Shown here: positions 52,764-61,667 of the stretch, piece after piece | Layout: every line of letters begins with the position of its first letter | Position numbering within the stretch: the first letter of the stretch is position 1 | Assembly: GCA_040954595.2 (NCBI GenBank) | Contig: CM082582.2 | Coordinates: 10,531,483-10,595,482, forward strand | Source of the DNA: Balanoglossus misakiensis | Lineage: Eukaryota; Animalia; Hemichordata | Length of the DNA stretch: 64,000 nucleotides | Direction: 5' to 3' | The notes under the pieces: generated by a model | Databases searched by the model: none | What the model saw: the letters and a program-made list of their open reading frames with translations, nothing else | Told to the model about the DNA's origin: nothing | Translations under genes and position numbers: made by a program

Positions 52764-52803
52764 GTCAGGTGACTGCATATCACATGACTTGTGGTCACAT
52801 GAC
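52764..52803. promoter_or_regulatory. Cluster of three CLEAR/M-box-like motifs upstream of cathepsin Z copy B
   Basis: GTCAGGTGAC (52764-52773), ATCACATGAC (52779-52788) and GTCACATGAC (52794-52803), 60-100 bp upstream of the ATG. TCATGTGA/TCACATGA is the MITF/TFE M-box. Confidence 0.65.
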
Positions 52804-53621
52804 TGTGGCCAGTCGCATAGCTTGGTAATTGCGTCGTTTGTATGTACACCGTACATAGAACGTAAAACCATTGAACTAGAAATAAAATTTGCATCAAGCA
52901 GCACAAGTAGGCTCACCACCCTCTAATATATCTTTGCAAAATCTTTTCGATATCTATAGGCCTATGCCAGTGAATATATAAATGAAAGCTCGCTGCTGAT
53001 TGGTTCAAGCCACCTGGACCACCTAGCCGTGGATATTTCCTTGCAGTCATCCGGGCATTTCCGTAAAGGATGGGCCACGCTGCTGAACGCTTTTAGATGC
53101 GGGTGAGGAAAACTCAACGAACTACAGAGTTTCTACACCGGTTATTTTGCTGTAAATGCCGCGGTAAGTAAAAATAATATAAGTAGACACAATTCAAGTA
53201 CTCAATTATTGACCAGACACTCAAAATGATCAAAAATACCTGCAGAGTTTGGTTGATTGCTCTGGTTGCCAAAAGGAGGGTCTTGTTTAACATGTCAAAG
53301 CACATAGACGGTTGCAAGGACGTAGGTGGGAAGGCAGAGGCTGGGAGACGCTTTAATAGGCTAGCTAGTCTTTGGGTCCTTCCTGACTCGTCTTCTTTTA
53401 ACAAGGTGCACAATTGTAAAACTGGAGTATCAAATTTGATCTTACCAAGAGGCCTGCGCAAAACGCGATACCCATAGACCATCAGGGTTGTCTCATTATT
53501 TCAGGACTCGCGGCATCTTCGAAGATGCGGTAACAAGTTGAACCCTTATATAACGTCGCATGAATTACGTCAGATCGTGTTGCGTGTCCTACGATACATG
53601 GCTAGAATTTTGAGAACGACG

Positions 53622-53691
53622 TAGTCTGGCCCCCCGCTCCATTCCCACCGCTGGCTGCGCTACGCTAAAATGTGGAAATGGGGCTAGACTA
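53622..53691. mobile_element. Small (about 70 bp) inverted-repeat element, MITE-like
   Basis: TAGTCTGGCCCC...GGGGCTAGACTA terminal arms (11/12) plus inner CCATTCCCAC/GTGGAAATGG arms (9/10); the element starts and ends with TA. Confidence 0.4.
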
Positions 53692-54494
53692 GTGTGTATA
53701 TGAGGGCGCTGATTCCAGTGACGGTTAGTATATACATGCATACGAAACCATCCTTAGAATCTGTTGCATGGTAGTTTAGGTGCGCGTTTTAATTTACACA
53801 ACACATTGTTTTCACCTAGATAATTAAAATATGGCTCCAATTGTCTTGTCGTTAAAGATACGTGCGTGCGAACACTCATGTGGCTTGATATTTTCCAGAC
53901 GCGAGAGCCAAAATCGCTTGCCATGACATTTAATATTCTTTAGATCCTGAAAAACATCGACCCTTGATACGGAATCGCGGTCAAGGAATTCAGTTCTTAT
54001 TAAAGCTTCCATTGATGGCCGATCAGCATACTCGAACATGCCACGGGGCAACCCTAAGTGAAACTCATTATTTTGTAGGCAATTTTCCCCAACGTCTATG
54101 CATTGTTATCGAGAATACAGTTGAATATAAACGGCTCTTATCAACTAAATCCGGATTTGAAAAGAGAGCTTCTTTATGGCAACCTATCGCATGATCTCCT
54201 GCAAGAATTAGGGTCAAAGTTCAGTCGTGGGATGTGGAGAATATTGCTGCAATATTAAAATGAATTAAAAGCGTTCGCCTAAATTCCACATGAATTTTTC
54301 AGTCTGACCTAAAATGCCCGCCGCAAACTTAAAAGAATATCCTACTTTTAGGCTATTTGAGAGCATTTTGAGAACATAATTTTCTCTGTCAAACCTGGCG
54401 TGGGAAGATGTAGGCCTAACTGTAAAACCTGCCAATGGCATACAGTCGTGCTAGTCTTCGTAACGAGCTCTTCCATTTAAACAGACAAGAGTTT

Positions 54495-54730
54495 GTGATG
54501 ACCTAGAAAATCAAAGTTTTAAACTGTTCTCATATATCGCTCATCAAGGCAACTTTAGATTGTTCTCTTTTGAAACTGAGAAGAAAAATCGTGGTTATCG
54601 AGCAAAATTTTGTAAGCGCGTCAAAATATCTCAAATTTGAAGTTCAAGATGGCCGCCAGTCTTTGTGTTAACTCTATGGGGGGGGGGGGTCAAAGTATTG
54701 CGTTTTATAAACACAAGACAGTGAACATTC
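54495..54730. repeat. Degenerate interspersed repeat / non-autonomous DNA element fragment
   Basis: 54501-54528 matches in reverse complement a fragment in CTSZ-B intron 6 (about 50590-50617, aaagtttgagactttgattttcgagg, about 22/26). It contains caagatggccgcc...tgtgttaactctatgg; related aaaatggccgcc cores occur near 3016 and 3424. Resemblance to a common hemichordate repeat is from memory only. Confidence 0.5.
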
Positions 54731-55526
54731 TATTATATACTGCCTATGACTGACTATAGATTATCGCTATTCATATAGATGTTTTGATTTTAAGGCTTAT
54801 CGAAGCAGGCATAAAACATGTATGAGAATAATGCTGATTTACTACGGGGCACAAGATCTATCAGGCTTTGATCACGACAAAGTTGTCATTAATGTTCAGG
54901 GTCGGGTGCCGAGCTTTCATGAAACGCATTTAAAGACACAATTCAAAGGGCAGTGACGCCGTTTAGCAAACGAGAACGAACAACGATCATCCAGGACCGC
55001 GGAAATATGGAATTATACACGATTAATCCAGATTCATGGGTTCCACACTGAGGTGATTGTATTCTACATCTGTTCTCCGTACACAATCACTTTAGAAAAA
55101 AAGATGTTTGCGGCTGTGCGAAAGCAACTTCAGAGAATGTCTTGTTCCTGATCCATGCCACACATTTTCAACCAATCACAGTTCTCCTTCCAGGACTTTC
55201 GCGGCGCTGTTTGTTGTCGCGTCGCCGCGCCGACACGCTGTCTCATCGCGCTCTGGCAGTTCCACGCACATGATCAACTGGTTTCATGAGAGCGCATATA
55301 CAAGCCTATCAAACCACTTTGCTGAGTTACAACTTTACGACGCGTGCGATCGCTCTCCCTTGAGGGATCGGTGCTTTGACGGAGAAGTCGTAAACGGGTT
55401 TGACGACATTCTTCTATAATCCGTGTTGATGAATCCACTTTCCATTCGGGCAGTTTTCGCGATCTTGTTCAGTAGCGGCGAAATCTGTCACCCCACAAAA
55501 AGCTGCAACTTGACGAAGCCATCTAC

Positions 55527-58500
55527 ATGTATTGTGATAATGTCAGTCAGTGGTACCCCTCCACAATGACTGAGGCAGTATGTCACGGGCTAGACGGGAC
55601 TTTCTTGAGATTTGTCGTCGTCTGCGGCCTGCTGATCGTGCTCAGTGTTTGCTGTAATATGACCGTCATCTGCGTGGTGTGGAAATGCAAAACTATGAGA
55701 ACAGTCACCGACATCTTCATAGTCAATATTGCCGTCACGGATATCATCATGGCGGGGATCGTGATTCCCCAACAGCTCCACGATATTTCACATACCTCTC
55801 ATTTTCACGAGGGTAGGTCTCATCTCTTACTTTTTTTTTCTTTTTTCTTATTCTGTCTTTCTTTCTTACTCTGTATCATTCATTCATTCATTCAGTCAGT
55901 CAGTCAGTCAGTCAGTCAGTCAGTCAGTCAGTCAGTCAGTCGTTCATTCTTTCTTTCTTTCTTTGTTTCTGTTTTTCTATCTTGTTTGTATTTTGTTCAT
56001 TCACACACTACACATACACATTTGTGGCTTATAGGGCATAGCACTATGGCTGCTATAAAAAGTACGCTCTGGTAGTTCTCATTTATTTTCACGCAACGTC
56101 GACTAAAAGGCATATTGACAAAAGAGCGGCTCTTATCCTGTGTACTCCTAATGACGGTCCCCGAGGTGGCCGTTCATCAAAATGATAACTTCGACATCGT
56201 TTTTATTTTCACTCGCGGTAGAGACATCTGTGAATGGTTTCACGTGGCACTTAAATCGTCCTTAAATGCAGCGTGGCAGAAAGCCGTAAACATCAGTTGA
56301 CGACACAACATCACGTTTCAGGCGTACACTTTTTGATCTCAGCGCACGTTGTATTGAGTCACCTGGGGCTGAAAGTTGGCCGTAAATCGAGCCTTTTCAT
56401 GTTTCCATGTCTATAACGCACCCGGGGAAGACCCCACAGCCTAATTATTACTCTCATTATCGTCACATCTGCACTCTTCTGCTTTCGTGCTGAAAATAAT
56501 ATTTCTGAGAACTTCAGCAAATTTCGTTTCTCTAGTACATGTATTATGATTGTCACAAACCCACCCCTAGAGTTCCTTATGACTGAAGTCGGTCGGGTTT
56601 TTGTTGTTGTTCCCGAGTCTTCAAGTTTACTTAGACAAATCCAGAGCGGTATCTTTCAAGGTTATCGAGAACACACTTTCTTGCTATAACACGATTTTTC
56701 ATGTTCTGAATTCTTGTTGGTTATAGAGTCTCGTAGGACTGTCAGAAATTTACAGCTAGGCGAGCTCATCTGGATCACCATATTTTACATTAAAATTCGA
56801 TCCTGAAAACGTAAATTTATATGACTGTTTTCCCCGGGCATATGGTCCTGTCTGTCCGTTGAAACAAGTGACATACGATTGTACTGGACTACCGTTGTTT
56901 GCATGAGTTGGCGTGTGCATTTTGAAGTATCAAATTTCCATATTTCGCCTGACGCCATACGTGACGCAGATACGGCACTCGCAAATGCGGTTGTAACAGC
57001 AGCGCTAGCCAGGGACGATTTGCATGGGAAAGATTGTATTTCCGGCACTTCATCTAACCCGTCTACACGGACAGTCCAACTGCACTCCGAATAACACCGC
57101 CTAATTACAAATAAAAGAAGCCAATTTTAGCGATGATTCGGTGTTTTTGGTACGATATTCTTCGAAACTGCAATGTAATGTTGCTATTACTTATAGTGCA
57201 ATCAGTCGTTCGGTGGGTTTATTTGTTTTCGCCTCCCAATGCACTTTGGTTGCCCAATCCACAAAGTATTCTCGGTAGATTTGAACAAACATTTATCTTT
57301 AAGAACAAGGACGTTTTACCTCATAAATGCGATTGCCTAGCCGGAAACATTAACAGAGGACTGTTAATATTCCCCTGACACTAGTAAATCTATCTAAACC
57401 TGACATCACTGCTGCAGATGATCAATTAACTTCGGATGATCAATTAAGTTTGATGTATAACATAGACAAGGGTATAGCATGGTTGCGGGTATATCTGAAC
57501 CTCTCCAGTGTTTTACTCTCTGCGTAGTTAATCACTATAACGCGCTGTTAGGCGACGCTTATTAACAGATTTGCGACCTAAGCAACAACTGTGTCCCAGA
57601 GCTACACGTTTTACATTGTGTGTGCCCCAATAACTCAAACTGGTCTTGATATTGATGTACGCATGCGTCTTGCGTTGTTTTCGCGTGCAACCAGTAAATC
57701 CATTTTGAAACGTGACAATATAATGGTAAAATTTCCTTCCTAGGTCTTGACATCGCCTGAGTTTGCTTTAAGGAGCAACGACCCCGGATAGAAATTGTTG
57801 TTGCTTTGTCACGACATTCACGCGTTAGGAATCATTTAACTTTTAGTTATATACTCATATTTTGATGACACTATGGTCGATAGATTTTAATGTGACTGTA
57901 TTCAGAACAAACGGGAAAATGATAATAGACTATGAATCAGCGTGCATGAGTCCTTTTAATGAAGGACTCATCCCACAGTACATCGTCAACAAAAGACAAT
58001 TACCCAGATTCTCCCCCAGGTCACGTATCTCTCGTGAAGGAAACGACATGCATCGGGAAAACCGACTGGAACAGTCGATATTGGATCTCGTGACGTTAAC
58101 AGCGGGAGCACTAAGTCTAAATGTACGGTACAGAAGAACATGACGTCATTGGCTAAAAAACTGGCGGTGGGCTGCAGGTCGGGACGGTCTAAGTCCTTTT
58201 GATCCGATCTGCTTCCCGCCAAGCCATTGATCTATCATCCGGCGTCCGGTATATGTGGATTTTTCTAATGCAGTTTTGCACACAAGCCTTTGTTGAAATA
58301 TCTATGTACGCCGAAGCGTTACAACAGAATCATGAACCGCTCAAGATTGAGAGACCTATATTGTACAATCCTGTATTGCCATTGAATACTTTGAGTTTGC
58401 CAATATTTCAGTGATGGATATAAAATCAACAGGTTTCACCTAAGCACTAGCCCTTTTAAGGGGAGAAATGTAACGCGGCAAAAATGTTCTGGGTTAGTTG

Positions 58501-59904
58501 GTTTAATATGGTCTTTCTTTTTTTATATCTTTCAGGGCTTGTTGCATGTAAACTGATCCATGCCTTGCCTGTGTTGAGCGTCTGCGTTTCAACATACAGC
58601 CTTGTGCTGTTATCACACGAGCGTTACATGGCAATCGTTCAGCCACTCAAACTGAGACGCCACCAGAGGCTGTCCCTCACCAAGAGGAACGTCTGCCTGA
58701 TTTGGCTCCTCGGCATTCTGATGGCGTCGCCGCAACTCTACGGGTTCTCGGAGTACGAGAGTCAAGGAGACAGTGGAGTGCGACTCGTCTGCGGTTCGGA
58801 TCCTTCAAGTCGCTGGTTTGGAATCTCCAACGCAATTCTCTTGATCTTAGCGGCGTACATTATTCCCCTGACGATAATGTGTCGCTATTATCTGTGGATC
58901 GTGGTGTTCTTACTGCGGCGGCGCAGCAAGGCGAACGGCAATGTGACGTCATTGAATTCGACAACCAGTCAGAGGAAGATCAGAATCATGGAGATGCTCA
59001 TTGTTGTGACTTTTCTGTTTGCCGTCTTCTGGGCGCCATTTTTTGTACTTTTGGCAGCCACGGTGAGTGACCTTAAAGGTCCATTATCTTATACGTCTCA
59101 CAAATCTTTGATTGGCTAAATTTGACAGTAGTGGCCAACAGCAAGAGACTGGCTCTCCCGGACGACGTTGTGAGGCCACACGGACTAGTCACGCGACCAA
59201 TCTTGTTGCAAAACCCTTGATCACGATTTCCATTGATTATACAGTTATTTGCAATTATGGATGACCCAATTTCGCCGTCGTTGCTAATGGGGTTTCAGAG
59301 AGGCATACGCGTAGCCCCCAAATCCAATCCAATGTGAACTCTTCATAAGGTGAATTAATGTGCAGTGGAGCGAGTTGAGTTAATTAATTTATTGCCGTGC
59401 CATCTGCACAACACATGTCTCCTGGGTTAGCAGGGGGAAAACTCTCCCAAGCATACAATTTCCATTTACAACCAATTTAACGCTGTATGATCAATCGTTA
59501 GTAAAACTTTAAAAAACAGAGATGGTTCAATTTTGATATTCTTACTGTATTTGCTGCCTAATTTTATTTCTTCAGGTATACTTACCGACATACAATAATT
59601 CTGTTCTTTCTCATTTGTTCATCAGCATATCACAGGGAATGATATCAGTACAGAAGCCCGCTCACCAGAAAATCTAACCAAAATTGCCTCGGCCGCTCTC
59701 AGCTCGGCGTACAACTTTTTCGTCTACTTGCGATACAACCGAACTTTCCGGAATGCTTTGATAGACATCTTACGGTGTCGAAAGACCCGTAAACCGAGAA
59801 AAAGAGCGGCCATCATTGTGTCGTCGGTGACAGGTTCGATACACTGCACTAAGTGTGAACATCCGCCGAACCGTTCTACCGATGCCAAATCTGACACGGT
59901 TTGA
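55527..59904 (+). CDS. Rhodopsin-like (class A) GPCR, neuropeptide-receptor-like orphan, 363 aa, 3 coding exons: 55527-55812, 58536-59062, 59626-59904
   Basis: TM1 ...SVCCNMTVI, ICL1/TM2 KTMRTVTDIFIVNIAVTD...IP, TM3 ACKL...SHERYMAIVQPL, TM4 LIWLLGILMASPQL, ECL2 Cys, TM5 YIIPL...Y, TM6 FAVFWAPFF, TM7/H8 SSAYNFFVYLRYNRTFRNAL. Introns are GT-AG with consistent phases (1, then 0); 1092 nt open. Confidence 0.9.
55876..55966 (+). repeat. Compound (TTCA)n(TCAG)n(TTTC)n microsatellite in GPCR intron 1
   Basis: Directly visible; it explains the spurious QSVSQSVS tail of ORF 55527..56075. Confidence 0.95.
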
Positions 59905-61667
59905 AATGCTCCTGCATTTGATGAGTATTTCTGTCGCTGCGAAGACAGTAAGATGACTGCTGCACTATCTCATCTGCACAGTGACCGTTTTCAAGAGCTG
60001 CATGTCGGTGGCTGAAGGGACAATACTGGACCAATCAAGACGGATGTCGCTGCAATATCTTATAAGTTACCTGTAACAGTAATTGCAGAACGTTTATTCA
60101 TTCAGACTAGCCAGAAAGGAACGGCAACTTTGGTCGATTCTGTGCCTTCTCCGTTTAATGTTGAGATATCCGGGTGATTCATCCATCGAACCAGTACCGC
60201 TGCTGCCTTCACGGGGGCCAGGTTATTTCGTGATCTCAGTCTCAGAAACCTCAACGGTTTCTTGAGTTCTGGTGCGCCCGGTTCATTCCTACTGAAAGGT
60301 CAGACAGTCAACAAGCTCCCAATTCGTGATCAAGATACAGTGCAATACCTAAAGCCCCGGCGGGCTATCTATTCAAGATTTCTGACTTAATTCAGAGTCA
60401 TCGCAAGATCCGTGGTTGTCGAAAATATCTTCAAACTTCAAGCTTCCTCGCTAGCGTAGCCTCATACAGTAACAAAGGGGCGCGTGCGCAATCGACAGCT
60501 GGGTCGTTGTTACCCCTTTGTTGCCCAAGATCTTCGCTAAAACACGTGTGAATCACGGTTGCTCTACAAGTGTCCATGCATGGGCGTGTTCTTGCGTGCA
60601 GTTCCAATCAATGGCTTTGTGGGATAGGTAGCCTTTTTCTGCCAATTCCACAGGCCCGTCGGGCAGTAGTGATGATGATGGGGTGGAGTGGGGGGGGGGG
60701 GGGGGTTGTGGCAAAAGATGATTCAGCTATTAGCAAAGAATCAGTACTACGTTTTCACTGATGATGACTATGGCAGCCCATGCTTCTCTCAATCAGGCCA
60801 ACTCCCGAGAGCTGCACTCGCCAATTTACAGCACTTTATTCGCAGTCGGGTGATTCATGCACGAATAACACGCTGAAAATTGCAATGATCTCTTGTACTG
60901 AGTTGAGAAAAGGAAGCTCGTTAGTTTTGCAGCCTGTTCAAAATGCGGCAGCGTGTTTACTGATCTGTTGTTCGCGCAGATGTGACCGCATGACACCCAT
61001 GCTCATTGAATTAATAGCACCAGGACCCTATTAAAAGTCGCATCAAACTTAAAATCACGTATTTTTATGTCCATAAGCGGTACTTTTCACGTCTTTACTT
61101 AATGAGTTTATCGCGATGTGAGTTCTGACTAGAGATAGCTCCGTTCGACTTCGGTGTTACATATTGTTTCCGCCACGTTGTACTTTTGCCCAATTTGTGG
61201 GGATTTGCGCGGAATGACAATTTCTTTTAGGGACTCACTTGTTCGCCATATATTTATCACCGGCTTGACTTTGTCTGTGTGTCTGAACAGATGCGCGCGC
61301 ACATTTTTCAAATTCACATGACTCTCCTCCTTGACACGTAACCACAATTCTTTAATCACCACGTGTAAAACTGGTTCAATACAAAACAACAAAGAAGTCG
61401 GGCTGACGTATATAATAGCAAAGCGGCAGTACAGATATTACACTCAATGTTCGTTTTATACACAATAAAATTAAAACATAAATAAACTCGGCAAACATTT
61501 ACAAGAATGTACGACTTCACAATAAGTTAAACATGTTACATGGAAAAAAGTCTGAGGTAGAAGGCCGAAGTTAAAAATAAACTAGAAGAATTCTATGATA
61601 AACTTTCGGATTACAAAAAATGATGAATGTACTCTCGACATCAAACACGTGAAGAGCCATGTAATCT

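Noticed and set aside
55813-56075. C-terminal part of ORF 55527..56075
   Set aside because: Read-through into intron 1 microsatellites after a good donor at 55813.
59680-59727. Lys in GPCR TM7 suggesting an opsin
   Set aside because: Counting back from N7.49 puts the Lys at 7.38, not the retinal-binding 7.43 position (Ala here).
7894-60705. Scattered poly-G/poly-C runs (e.g. near 7894, 13014, 14393, 20692, 48762, 54678, 60690)
   Set aside because: Simple homopolymers with no shared context; lengths may also reflect sequencing error.
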